A DNA stretch of 64,000 nucleotides from Eledone cirrhosa. Its lineage: Eukaryota. The position numbers and the translations under genes are program-made. The stretch's first letter is position 1. Each line of letters begins with the position of its first letter. Shown one piece after another: positions 13,222 through 27,509 of the stretch. Under the pieces are notes generated by a model, which was given only the letters and a program-made list of their open reading frames with translations, ran no database searches and was not told where the DNA came from. The stretch lies in contig OZ024741.1 in assembly GCA_964016885.1 (NCBI GenBank), positions 151,900,001-151,964,000 of the forward strand. The letters run 5' to 3'.

Positions 13222-13883
13222 CGTGTGCGGATATATATATATATATATATATATATAAAGAGAGAGAGGGGGGAGTCAGTTCCACAACAAATTAGCAAAC
13301 CATTCACGAGAACGCGCATTTCACCTAGTGGATCTTCAACCCGTGTATGGCTGTAGTGGAGAGAGAGTCAGATGTCAGGCCGGTCGACAGCAAACGTTTT
13401 AGTTAAAAAAAATAAAGGAGGAGGTGGCTTGAGTGAGAGGTGTAGTGTTTCTCTGTATATATATTGATAGCATCAGGAGGAAGAGACAGTATTTATGTGC
13501 TAGAAATAGAAGTAAATTATTCTCCAACGCGCACCTTCCCATTCAATTTTCGGAGATCAGTTTAGTGGAAAACACACGAAAAACATTAATTATAAACAAT
13601 TTTATTTAGTGATATTAGCCATAAACGTACAAACAAACATTCTTTTTATAAGGATATAGATATAGACACGCCCACACACACACGCGTGCACGCATACACA
13701 TGTCCATCCCATATATACAATGATTACTTCCCTTTTTAAACCTCTCTAATGTGTAAGCTACCTCTTGACCAGTAAATCTCTAAAATGGCTGATTGAATAC
13801 GTATGTATGTTTTTCTCTCATTTTTTCCGTTGCTTCCTCTTCTCTCTCTTTATCTTTTATTTTCTGTTTTATTTCTAAGTCTA

Positions 13884-13919
13884 TCTTCCGATGAAGGAGT
13901 AGTGTCCGAAACTTTAAAA
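13884..13919 (+). ncRNA. Decayed hammerhead in a solo PLE terminal fragment
   Basis: CCGATGA-A-GGA..TCC-GAAAC; flanks homologous to 50740-50880 and 56105-56260. Confidence 0.5.
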
Positions 13920-14061
13920 CATTTTTCTTGTTATTTCAAGCGTTAATCTAATGTATATCCTCAATGTACTGTGTCATTTGCTTTGTTATTTCTTGTTTAC
14001 TTTTTACATATGCACACACACACCACGCCCCCCCCCCCCCCCCCACATATATATATATTTA

Positions 14062-14610
14062 ATAATCTCCCGTTAGGTTGAGATTCAATTTGGCGATATT
14101 AGGCTGCGCTTTCTAGCAGCAAGCCTACCCGCCGTAAGCAACCAATCACATTCTTTCTAGCTTGACCACAGCCACATAGCGATTCTTAGCCATTTTTTAA
14201 TCTAATTTTGGCGCGATCGGGTTAGAAAACTAGATGTCTGATTTTGAGTTTGTCTCCTGATGAATCCTAACTCAAGACATTCCTATTATTTGGATGTCTA
14301 AAAATACGGATGAAACCATGGTAGAGATATAATTACGGTATGTACACATTTCTTCTAAGTTTAATTTTATACCTAATTGTGTATGGTTGATGATATATTT
14401 AGTCAGTTTCTACATGCTGTCGAAATGTTGGATAAATAATCTATTGGGGCCACCGCGAAGAGGCCACTTTCGATTATTTGTCGGAGATTTCTTCATAATA
14501 GCCTTTCTTCTTATAGCTTGTTCTAATTGATTTTTTATATGGTTAATTATGCTAATTAGAAGAGGAAATAGTATATATCTTATCTAATAATTCTAAGGAC
14601 ATGATTTATG
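14062..14610 (+). mobile_element. HHR mini-element (~550 bp), homologous to 18122-18670
   Basis: Colinear homology starting ATAATCTCCC; flanked by (TA)n. Confidence 0.75.
14251..14329 (+). ncRNA. Hammerhead ribozyme with extended stem II
   Basis: TGTCTC-CTGATGA-ATCC..AGACATTC/GGATGTCT..GGAT-GAAA-CCATGG-TA-GAGATA. Confidence 0.85.
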
Positions 14611-14647
14611 ATATATATATATATACATATATACACACAGACACACA

Positions 14648-14737
<90 letters not shown>

Positions 14738-15299
14738 TGTGTGTGTGTGTGTGTGTGTATACCTTCCTCTTTGAAATTATAGACATTTTGTATTTTAGTT
14801 AATTAAGCGTTTATAATCGAAATTTTTAAATTATTCTAATAGGAATTATGTTAGAGACATTTCTGAGGGGGAAAATGTTTAAATGTTTTTTTGTTAATTC
14901 TTAAATTAACATTTAAAAAATTGTTTTTTCCGGTGAAAATAGTAATTAGACTGTTTTGAATATCAGATAATTAATTCCTTTTCACTCATTACAACTAGAA
15001 ATATTTTCCATTTGGGATTATTTAAAATAAAGGTGGCAAATTGGTAGTGATAACAGCATCTGATAAAATGCCTTGGTGTATCAGTCCCGTGACATTTAAG
15101 ATAAAAGTTGGTAAGTTGGGCAGAATGATTTGCGGTATTCATTCTGGTTCTCTGTCTTTTATTACCATATTCTAAATGAAAAAGAGTCTATGACTTTCAA
15201 ATTATTTTGAAAAAAAAAATCAACAAATTTGGAGAGATTTAGAAATTTAGAGACCACACCAATAATTTCATTAGGTTGGGTTATTATTGAACAAGGTAC

Positions 15300-16260
15300 A
15301 ATTCTTAGATAAAAATATATTATTACAAACATTCAACACAAACCATTATGCTACAAATTGTCTCTATCAAATTAGTACTTTGTTTGATGACCTTTAGCAG
15401 CAATTACTGCAGCAATTCTGTGAGGCATTGATTCCACCAAGGAGATACAATATTCAGGAGTAATGTGTTGCATCCATATAGTATGAGGTGATTTTTCTGT
15501 AAATCAGTAATTGAGCTGGGATTTAATTTAGCAACTTTGTCTTTCATCAATTTCCGACAGTTTTTAATTGGGTTTAAGTCAAGATGTGAGCCTGGCAAAG
15601 GTGTCAGCACTTCAATATCAGATTCTCGAAAAAATTGGTTAATGGTTTTTATCCTATGTCAAGGAGCTCCCTCCTGTTGATATATATCTTGCAACCAGCC
15701 CTCTACATCCATAATGGGACCTATTCTCGATGGTAAATGCAGCTCGGCCCTTTATGTTTATTGATCCCAGACCATCAATGATTGATAATTTTTGACATAA
15801 CGAGAATTATAATGCTGTCCAGATGGTCGTCTTACATGGTAATTATAAGGGGCAAATTGTCTAATTAATGTTTCATAACTAAACATTATCTCACTCCATT
15901 GACAACAGTCCAGTGTTGCAGAACAACAGACGGACTTTGATGCTTTTATTTGAAAGTTGAGGCTTGGCAGCTGGCTTTAAAGCCAGAAAATTAAACAGCG
16001 TCATCGGATGATAGAAGATATGTTTGTGTCCTGGGGTTGGTGGGATTGGCTATATAAACTGGAAGCAGTTGGATTTAACGCTGCAAGTCGGCGTATCATA
16101 TGATCTGTTTGAACACTTATCTTGTGTGGTGTCCCATGCCGCTTGTTTGCATTAAGAATGCCTGCTGTTGCTTTACGGGCAAGTGTTTTTTTTAACACCA
16201 GTCATAGATACACCCGATCGAACAGATATCTTCCGCTGGGAATAGCCTTCCTAAAGAAAA
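15300..16260 (-). pseudogene. Degraded Tc1-like transposase
   Basis: PGSHLDLNPIKNC (WPxNSPDLNPIEN-like) and R.GTPHKIS..TDHMIRR N-terminal motif. Confidence 0.65.
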
Positions 16261-16374
16261 GGGCTAATATTAGCACGTTTTTGTTTCAAATGGCAGCCAT
16301 ATTGGTACACAAAAAAGTATTAAAATGCTGAAACGTTGTGATATATATCGACAGCCGATCGACTTTCGTCAAAT

Positions 16375-16623
16375 CTGACCGAGAAAACAATGTTTGGACA
16401 TGCTCACCGACATGCTCACCGACATCCAGAGTTGACACTGCACTCAGTGGTCCTGAGGGAGCTCCTGTATGGACACACTGGAAGAGGGAGACCGAGGTTG
16501 ACATATGTTGATGCCCTAAGGACATACACTGGTCTCTCGGAGACGCAGGACATGGCAGCGATGAAGAGGGACACAGAGCGCTGGAGAGAATTCGTCCATG
16601 GAACTCGGGAATTTTACCCGCCC
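16375..16623 (+). mobile_element. RTE-like LINE 3' end
   Basis: GHTGRGRPRLTYVDALR..RD.ERWREFV; homologous to 50535-50715; ends in (TA)n. Confidence 0.7.
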
Positions 16624-17001
<378 letters not shown>

Positions 17002-17208
17002 TATGTATGCGTACATACATATATGTATACAGACGTACAGTAGTATGTATATATATATACATACATGCACACATATATATATATATATGTACGTATGGAT
17101 TCACCGAACATTTATTATAATGCTCGGTGTGTTTGTAAACAAACATCCCGTATTAAGCCGTAGTGTCTAGCAACCATCGTTGCTCGTTTGTTCAACACTG
17201 ACAAACGA

Positions 17209-17251
17209 ACGCTGTACTAGATTCAAGCTTATTAGCTATCGTCAGCAACCT
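17209..17251 (-). ncRNA. Hammerhead, mutated core (GAAA to GAAT)
   Basis: Same motif as 11648-11690 with a core substitution. Confidence 0.65.
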
Positions 17252-17638
17252 ATACCCTCCTGCCAGATGATTGAACGTCTGAAAGTATATACTTTCCTTA
17301 TGTATATTAACGGTTGAGTAGCCCAATTTGCATATCGAGTGGGTTAATCGGCCGAGTGCACTGAAAACGATAAACGGAAAAAATGAAAAGAAATTTCATT
17401 TCCCACTCTTAGTACGGCTGTTACTTAAATATAAGTATGTATACGTACATACATATATGTATACAGACGTACAGTAGTATGTATATATATATATACATAC
17501 ATGCACACATTTATATATGTACGTATGGATACAACGAACATTTATTATAATGCTCGGTGCGTTTGTAAACAAACATCCCGTATTAAGCCGTAGTGTCTAG
17601 CAACCATCGTTACTCGTTTGTTCAACACTGACAAAGGA

Positions 17639-17681
17639 ACGCTGTACTAGTTTCAAACTTATTAGCTATCGTCAGCAACGT
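17639..17681 (-). ncRNA. Minimal type I hammerhead ribozyme
   Basis: Same motif as 11648-11690; stem II AGCT/AGTT leaves one mismatch or wobble. Confidence 0.8.
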
Positions 17682-18008
17682 ATACCTTCCTGCCAGATGA
17701 TTGAACGTCTGAAATTATATACTTTCCTTATGCACATTAACGGCTGAGTAGCCCAATTTGCATATCGAGTGGGTTAATCGGCCAGGTGCACCGAATACGC
17801 TAAACGTTTGTTTACAAACACACCGAGCATTATAATAAATGTTCGGTGAATCCATACGTACATATATATATGTGTGCATGTATATATATATATATATATA
17901 TACATACTACTGTACGTCTGTATACATATATCTATGTACGTATACATACTTATATTTAAGTAACAGCCATACTAAGAGTGGGAAATGAAATTTCGTTTCA
18001 TTTTTTCC

Positions 18009-18084
<76 letters not shown>

Positions 18085-18121
18085 ATATATACAATGTATA
18101 TATATATAAATATATATATAT

Positions 18122-18670
18122 ATAATCTCCCATAAGGTTGAGATGCAATTTGGGCAATATTGGACTGCGCTTTCTAGCAGCCAACCCACTCGCCGTAAGC
18201 AACCAATCACATTCTTTCTGACTTGATCTCTGCCACGTCACAGTTCTTAGCCATTTTGAATTCGTGTTTGGCGGGGGCCACTTCAGAAAATAATCTGTCC
18301 TAGCGAGTTTGTCCCCTGACGAGTTCGAAACTCGAGATTTATCCTTAATAGGATATCTCAAAATGAGAACGAAACCCAAGGGTAGGGATGTAATCCTGGT
18401 ATGTATATAAGCATTTCTAACTTTAATTGTATACCTAATTGTGTATGGTTTACCGTATATTTAATTAATTTCCACGTGCTGTTGAAATGTTGGGTAAATA
18501 TTTTATAGCGGTTGGCCGCGAAGACGCTGCTATGGTATATTTATTTACTGTTTCTTCATAGGTGCCTTTTAATCTTATAGCCTGGTCTAATTGATTTTTT
18601 GTGTGGTTAATTATGCTAATTGAGAGAGGAAATGATGAATATATATTATCAAATGATTTTATGGACATAC
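18122..18670 (+). mobile_element. HHR mini-element, homologous to 14062-14610
   Basis: Colinear homology; (TA)n flanks. Confidence 0.75.
18310..18390 (+). ncRNA. Hammerhead ribozyme with extended stem II
   Basis: TGTCCC-CTGACGA-GTTC..GAGAT(T)TATCC/GGATATCTC..GAAC-GAAA-CCC aa GGG-TA-GGGATG. Confidence 0.85.
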
Positions 18671-18738
18671 TTTACTTTATACTATATATATAATGTATAT
18701 ATATATATATATATATAATGTAGATATATATACATCTA

Positions 18739-18828
<90 letters not shown>

Positions 18829-18974
18829 TATATATATATATATATTTATATATATATGATTAGTATGTCAATTCTTAATTGCATACGCCTTTTCGTAAAG
18901 TGATAGGCTATTACGCTATGAGAAATAAAGGTGACAGTTATATATATATACAATGTATATATATATATATATAA

Positions 18975-19025
<51 letters not shown>

Positions 19026-19029
<4 letters not shown>

Positions 19030-19180
19030 GTTTCTACTTTCGGCACAAGGCCAGCAATTACCCAGTACATTACTGGTACTTTATTTTATCGACCCCGTAA
19101 GGACGAAAGGCAAAGTTAACCTCGGCGGGATTTGAACTCAGAATGGCAAGGGCCGTAACTCTATGCGTCAAAGCATGGCG
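19026..19180 (-). mobile_element. tRNA-SINE, truncated
   Basis: Homology to 22517-22708. Confidence 0.8.
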
Positions 19181-19239
<59 letters not shown>

Positions 19240-19865
19240 CACACAACAAATAATGTGATTGCTCGACCTAGATACAATCGACCTAGATACATTAAGTGTA
19301 ATGATATTTGCGCGCTTGTGTATGTGTTTCCTGAGGTTACTGATAATATGACAGTCTAAAATGCAGGTGGTCTCTAAATTATGCACAACACTCTAAATTC
19401 TTTATTATTATTCTAGTGTTTGGAACATAACTTAAGAATGGTTCTTACAAAAAGTCATGATTGAAGGATTGTAGATAAATATAAACATTTTTAAACAAAC
19501 AATTTCAAGGATTTGGTACCGCTTTTCTTTAATTGGCAACATGTCGACGAACGACATATAGTGTCTGCCAGGACAAGCGGTATATGCTTAACAAGGAAAA
19601 TTTCGAAAGGAAAAAAAGTCAAATGCAAATAAAAATAGGCTTCCAATGAAAATGTATGGCCCATTTGCGAGCAAAATCCTGAAATCGATTATTTTTAGGC
19701 TCATGTTAAAACCAGAAAAAACGCTAGAATTCGCCGAAAGACGTGTGGAATATCACGTACAGTATACAGCATATTAAAGTGATTTATAAACAGAATATTT
19801 ACAGAATTAAATGCCAGGGCTGGTTACATTTGATAAAAGTAATTTGTCAAAAGGTACGTGAATAT

Positions 19866-19916
<51 letters not shown>

Positions 19917-20432
19917 ATGAATATGTGTATATGTGTGTGTGATTGTATATATGTATATGTGTGTGTAAGTTTTAATATATATATATACACCCACCCATTT
20001 ATATATAGATAGATAGCTATCTATATATATATATGTGTGTGTGTGTATACATACATACATGCGCACGCACACACACATACACACACAAATACAATGCCGG
20101 ATTCTTCTTTTAGTGTCGTATTCCAGTCCTCGCGTAATTTACTAACCGGAGGTTTCATTAATTGTCATATTTATCTGTCAAAATTCTCTGTCACCCTCTC
20201 AATGGAAATTGTTGCTTTTCTGTGTCTTCTCTTTGTTTTGACCTTGTTCTATTTATTCCACCTTGTCTTCCTCTATTGTGCATGTAGTCTGCGCAAATGC
20301 ATCTGTGTTTCTCGATGTTTGTAGTTTTGTGTACTGCCACTTACACAATGCTTCGTGTTTAACATTTGTATTCATGTGCCCACGTGTGCACATTTGTGTA
20401 TCTTTATGTCTGCATGTGTGTGTTTAATAATA

Positions 20433-20785
20433 ATAATTGTTTCTACTTTTGGCACAAGGCCAGCAAATATCCAGTACATTACTGGTACTTTATTTTATCG
20501 ACCCCGTAAGGATGAAAGGCAAAGTTAACCTCGGCGGGATTTGAACTCAGATCATAAAGGGTAGTAACTCTATGCTTCAAAGCATGGCGTCCGACTCTCT
20601 ACCGATACTGCCAATCCACCGTGTTTAATAATAATAATTGTTTCTACTTTAGGCACAAGGCCAGCAATTACCCAGTGCATTACTGGTACTTTATTTTATC
20701 GACCCCGTAAGGATGAAAGGCAAAGTCAACCTCGGCGGGATTTGAACTCAGATCGTAAAGGGACGTAACTATGCTGGAAAGCATG
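20433..20785 (-). mobile_element. Two adjacent tRNA-SINE copies
   Basis: 20433-20620 full copy with duplicated GTGTTTAATAATAATAAT; 20634-20785 partial copy. Confidence 0.85.
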
Positions 20786-20789
20786 ATAA

Positions 20790-21235
20790 TGATAATAATA
20801 ATGAAAATTACTGTGTACAGTGCTCAGGTGCACTACAAGTCATGAAAGGTGCATGTATAGTACATAGAATAATGTACAAATGCCAGGAAAGTGAACAGTG
20901 TATGAGTCATGATATATACAGACACATGTGTGCGTGTGTATGGATCGGGAATATTAGGTGTAGTTTTGGCGAATTTCGGGAAGGCATGGAAGTTTTAAAG
21001 GGTGCAGTGTCCCGACGACTAACAACTCATGCAGGTAGTTTGTTCCATGGAAGTTTTGAAGGGTGCAGTGTCCAGACGACTAACAACTCATGCAGCTAGT
21101 TTGTTCCATGATTCAGCAACTATGAGCGTGAAAAAATGTTTCCGAAAGTCATAAGAGCTGTTCTGTTTTCTGATTTTATAAGCATATCAATGGGTGTTAG
21201 ACACATAGAATTGAAAGAGGTGCTCAGGTTTGTTG
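20790..21235 (-). mobile_element. CR1/L2-group LINE 3' end
   Basis: FFT..V.E.WNKL..VV C-terminal motif, with a short internal duplication. Confidence 0.6.
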
Positions 21236-21239
21236 TTTG

Positions 21240-22400
21240 TTTTTTCATTCTCTCTCTCATTCCTCACAATGTAGTTATTAGTTTATTTCTGTATTCTATC
21301 GATAATGGGTTTGTATCTATTTGTGCACCCCTTTAAATGTATTCTTATGTGTTCTTATATTGTCATCAGTCACTAGGTTATGAGCTTTGTTGTTATTCCT
21401 TTTAAGCTTTCTATTGAGGGTTCATTTCCTTTCTCTTATATGCCTGCTTTCCTTCTTCTGTTTCAACATTGTGTCTGTTCAGTGTGTAGATATCATTTTA
21501 TCTCAATGTTTTCTAGTTCTAGTTTGGCATGTTAAAACACTGATGAGTTTGTCTTGTCTTTCAGTTCTCACCAGTGCTCCTTCAATCTTTTCCCTATACT
21601 GCGATCCGTTTCTCCTATGTATGTTGTTATCGTATTTCTACATTGTGTACCTTATAAAACTACATTTCTAGTGTTACAGTTGATTGGTAGGTTTACCTTA
21701 AAGACTATGCAATTTCTATTAATACAGTAGATTAAGTGGGGTCGTTCTACTAATTAGGGCTTTTATGGGAACTCCGAGATTTTCTTAAGCTTTAGTTATA
21801 GTTTATCTAGAGTCTTTCTAAATCTATAAAATAATTCACCTCTGCGAGTACCAACAACACATCGCATTCTAGTGTTTTTGTTGTCACATCACGAGTTAAC
21901 CTTATTTATCTTCTTGTTTATCTCTCTAATCCTGCTCATATACATGATGTACATTCCATTCACATCATTTTCTATGGTAGTTTTCAATTTTTCCCTGGCT
22001 AATTTTTATATTCTGATCTGGCTTCTTTTTCTATCCGGCGAACTTCATGGAATCGATGAAGTGTTTTATGTGTCTCTCTAATTCTTTAGGATCGCGCATG
22101 CAGGACACATACTTTATCCCTCTTACTAGGTCCACTATCATGATGTCAATCTTTATACTATCTGAAACTGGTAAGCTCTAGGGGATCAGGTACTTGGAGG
22201 CCATGGGTTTAACGTAATGCAAATGGAGTATTTGCACTTTATTGTTCAAAGTTTCTAACAAGAATTCTGTGTCTAAAACATTTTATCTGTTTTGGGGATA
22301 TTTGGATGGGCAGCCTATGGTTACTTTAATATGCTGGTGAAAGGAGTTAGCTATTAACGAGATGCTCTCCATGGTGTTTATCTCTAGTTCCCAGTTCCCA
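21240..22400 (-). pseudogene. Degraded Penelope-like element (GIY-YIG region)
   Basis: Minus-strand translation TYIGETDRSIGKRLKEH at ~21575-21625. Confidence 0.7.
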
Positions 22401-22516
22401 AGCATTTTCTTGTGTGTGTATATATATATACTATGTACTTTTTCCATGTAGATGATATCAATATAGTAGTAAAGGCATCTCCAAAATACTTGGAAACTAG
22501 AGATAAGATATATATA

Positions 22517-22708
22517 GGGCGGTGGATTGGCAGTATCGGTAGAGGGTCGGACGCCATGCTTTGCAGCAAAGAGTTACGGCCCTTTACGGTCTGAGTTCAA
22601 ATCCCGCCGAGGTTAACTTTGCCTTTCATCCTTACGAGGTCGATAAAATAAAGTACCAGTAATACACTGGAATAATTGCTGGCCTTGTGCCAAAAGTAGA
22701 AACAATTA
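22517..22708 (+). mobile_element. Full-length tRNA-derived SINE
   Basis: GGCGGTGGATTGGCAGTATCGG..GAGTTCAAATCCC head, CTTTCATCCTT..GGTCGATAAAA core, ACAATTAT tail. Confidence 0.85.
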
Positions 22709-23067
22709 TATATATAAATATACAGAGAGAGAGTGGGGAGAGAGAGACAGATGAATAGATGGATAGATAGAGAGATAGAGAGAGAGATTTAGATATAGAT
22801 ACATACAGTATTGGGGTTGGTGTGTGTGTGCGTGTGAGTGTGATTGTGATTATGTGAGAAACGGAGAAAAATTGGCAATATAAATACTGTATTACAGAGG
22901 AAAGGATATATGTTTGTGAAATTATTATTTCAGATAGCAATAAATTCAGACGCGATAATGATATAGGTAAATATGGAATACATTGTTCGCATGCAAGTAT
23001 ATACTAAAATAAACAATATAAATAATATTAAACACCACATGAGAATATACACATATATATTTATTTA

Positions 23068-23119
<52 letters not shown>

Positions 23120-24044
23120 AATATGTGTGTTTGTTTATATATATATGCACCCCATATATATATATATATATATATGTATATATGTTTGTATTTCTGTGTG
23201 AGTGTGTGTGTGTGTGTGTGAGGATAGAATTGTGTCGGTGTACAGATATATTTATCGGTATATATGTTTGACTGTATGATGTGTTGGTGAATGTCTGCTG
23301 TACATGTGTATATATGTTATTAACAAAGGAGGAAAAATCATTGAATGTAGAATATGGAAACAACATGGGATTTGTAATATCATACATACACACACATACA
23401 TATACACACATACAAACATACTCACGTAACCCAGCAAGCATATATACACACAAAACATACACACAAACAACATACACAAACGCGCGCGCGCTCTCGCTAG
23501 GCTACGAAGAAAACAAATAGTAAATGAAATAAGCAGCACTTAAAATTACATGAATTCAGTTCACCGAAAAATATGAGCAACTTGTCCTTCACTTCATCAT
23601 AAAATATTGTCCTTCAAACTCCTCAACATATACACACAAAAATCTTTAAATGACGCTAATCTATTTAATATAAACATGAACGAATTGAAATCCAGCTTAC
23701 AAAGACACTGTTTGTGTGGTGGAGATAGGATGCTGGTGTCGTGATGTGAGCACTCCTTTTTTACTCACTTTACATAGCCGACTCCCAGATATTATATATA
23801 TAGAGAGAGAGTGAAGAGGAGGAAGGGTGGGAGGTGGAGGAGGGAAAAGGAGAAGAGGAAATTGGAGAGAAAAAGAGAGGGCGGGTAGGCCTCGACCACA
23901 CCCATCTCCTTGATTGATATTTTAATTATAGATTGCGAAAAGTCGGAAAGACAAAATATGACGCCACCAAAATTTGAACACAAATCACAGGGAGACATTG
24001 TATAACACAAAACATTTTATCCGACGCTTTACCGATTCTACCAA

Positions 24045-24440
24045 ATCACAGCCTTAACGCCGTACTAATAACAAGCGTATATATATATAACCGTAGCCAA
24101 TCATATTACTATTTTCAATATTATTGCGCCAAGGATGATAGATGGGAGGGGCGATGAATGTTCTAGTTGTCTTATTAACAGAATAGCCCGCTCGTAGAAA
24201 TAACGAACATTCCATAGGCAAGTGTAACCTTGGAATCATTTTCAAGAAGATTCAGCGTGACACAGTGTGTGGCGGGGATGCCCTTTTGAATTACAGGTGT
24301 AAATCCTTTTTTTCTAGCTAAGTAGACTGGAGAAACCTAATATAAAGCGGCTTGCTGAAAAATGTTGCGTGCCGCCGGGAATCAAACTCGCGACCTTACG
24401 ATCGGGAACCGAACACCCTAAGAAGCAATCTTCGCGCATT
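24045..24440 (-). mobile_element. tRNA-derived SINE of another family
   Basis: Minus strand GGTCGCGAGTTTGATTCCCGG B-box; partial similarity to 7005-7270. Confidence 0.5.
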
Positions 24441-24571
24441 TGCGGAAGGGCATTACAAGAGGATGATATACAGAAAAAAAATAAGTTGGGAGTTATATAG
24501 AAACTAGTATGAAAATACAGGTATATCAAAAACCAAAACAGAAAAAATATATATATATATAAATAAATGTA

Positions 24572-24763
24572 TAATTGTTTCTACTTTTGGCACAAGGACA
24601 GTAATTACCCCAGTGCATTACTGGTGCTTTATTTTATCGACCCCGTAAGGATGAAAGGCAAAGTTAACCTTGGCGAAATTTGAACTCAGAACGTAAAGTG
24701 CCATAAGTCTATGTTGCAAAACATGGTGTCTGATGCTCTACCGATACTGTCAATCCAGCGCCG
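24572..24763 (-). mobile_element. tRNA-SINE with TSD AAATGTATAAT
   Basis: Full copy flanked by a duplicated target. Confidence 0.85.
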
Positions 24764-25316
24764 CTTAAAATGTATAATGAAATGATAGGAGGAAACAAGG
24801 CGATGACTTGGCAGGAAGATTAAGGCGTCAGTTCGAGGTCAACGTCGCATTTCAGCTATTCACAATCTAAATGAAGTATTAATGAAACACTTTTCCCAAT
24901 GTACCCCACACTCTCTTTGAATCAGCTGAATGAAAGATTCAATAAAGATGTGGTCACATCGTCACCTCAACAATCCTTTCACCACCACACACTATGTGGG
25001 GACGAATAGGGAGAAGAAAATATGGCGGACATGAGGAGCCATCTAGGGCAATTCAGAAAACCCAAACGGAACCAGATTATTCTTTTTCTCGAGGAAAAGG
25101 GCCTTCTGTCAACAGTGTTCTCCGATTCACAGGTATATGCCGACATTAAGCATATTCTCTCGAGTTAGTTTTCTCATTCTCTCATTCTTTCATTCTCTTT
25201 CACTTTCTGTAATTGTCTATCTGTTTGAAGTGTAACGTTTGGTATGTAAATTATTTATATAAGTAGGTATGTATTTATACATAAATATTTATTATATGTA
25301 TATATGCGTGTGTGTG

Positions 25317-26133
<817 letters not shown>

Positions 26134-26190
26134 TATGTACACGTACAGCCGTACTAAGAGTGGGAAATGAAATTTCGTTTCATTTTTTCC

Positions 26191-26230
<40 letters not shown>

Positions 26231-26544
26231 CGCTGCCGAAGAATCGCCGCCTTATATAGAGGAGGCGTGTAAATGCGTATGTGTGTAAAGTTTAAGTTAT
26301 TAATTAACAAATCAAAAGTACACGTGGCATATTATGTTGGATATTTGTTCATATCTGCATGTATGGTCCTGTAACTCCTGGTGGAGTCATAGGGACGCCG
26401 TAGTGGCATACGGCGTTTCTAGGGCATTCTAAACCTGGTGGAGCCCATCCTTCTCCAGATCTGAACACAGCAGATTTCTTCCAGAGAAGGATAGAAACTG
26501 AGAGAGAGGAAGTGAGAAAGAGGCATAGCGAAAGAATCAACCCC

Positions 26545-26697
26545 AATACTAGATACTGGTACTTTTTTTATCGATCTCGAAAGGATGAAAGGTAAAGTTC
26601 ACCTCAGCTGGATTTGAACTAAAAGAGCAGAGAGCCGGAACGAATACCGCAAAGCACTCTACCAGACGTTCTAACGATTCTACCAATTCGTTACCTT
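26545..26697 (-). mobile_element. Diverged tRNA-SINE copy
   Basis: AAGGATGAAAGG and GGATTTGAAC motifs. Confidence 0.6.
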
Positions 26698-26944
26698 GTG
26701 CATATCTAAATACACATTAATTGAATGAATGTAACTGTTAGTATATATATATATATATATTTAATACAATAACAGAGATAGTTTAAAGCTAAACTCTGAC
26801 TGGGAACCATCTCACTCAACAAACATTAGGTTATATTAAAATATAAACCCAATTTAAGTGTTTGGGGTGCTAACAATGTGTATAATGTGGAAAAACCAGT
26901 TGTATTATTTTATGAGATATAATTAAAGTTAAAGTATTATATTT

Positions 26945-27075
26945 ATTAAAATAACAGATTAAAGTTTAAGCAAAGAATCGCTGCTTTCACCCTTAACGGG
27001 ATCTTCTGAAACTAACAAAGTCAATCTGTATCGAGCCCTCTTTGGATTTTAGTCTTCAAATTTATTATTATTACT
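26945..27075 (-). repeat. Dispersed repeat with hammerhead-like variant core (also 60500-60660, and 60085-60145 on the opposite strand)
   Basis: CAGAAGA-T-CCC gttaa GGG-T-GAAAGCAGCG. Confidence 0.45.
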
Positions 27076-27440
27076 ATATATATATATATATATTGTTATA
27101 CTTTGGGAGGGCCATGCCGCCAACAAGAAACACACGCACCCGTCGCTCCCACTTCAATTTATTATAAATAAAATTATAAATTTTTAAAAATCTATAAATT
27201 TCCGGTTGGTTGGTTGGCTCTAAACAAATTCAGAAACGAAATATATATATATTTACTTGATCGTTTTTTTGTATTTTTTTGGCTATGCGAATGATTGTTT
27301 AACCATCGTCTCAGTGTGTTTGGCCTTTAACGTTTGTTATAGCTCTGGTTCATCTGAATCATTGAGCACTTGGCTCACATCTCGGAGGTTGTTTTTCGTT
27401 ATTTCGTGGGCCGAAATGCGAATCTCGATAATTTATGTTT

Positions 27441-27509
<69 letters not shown>

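Noticed and set aside
22517-22612. tRNA genes
   Set aside because: tRNA-like heads of SINEs; no clean cloverleaf
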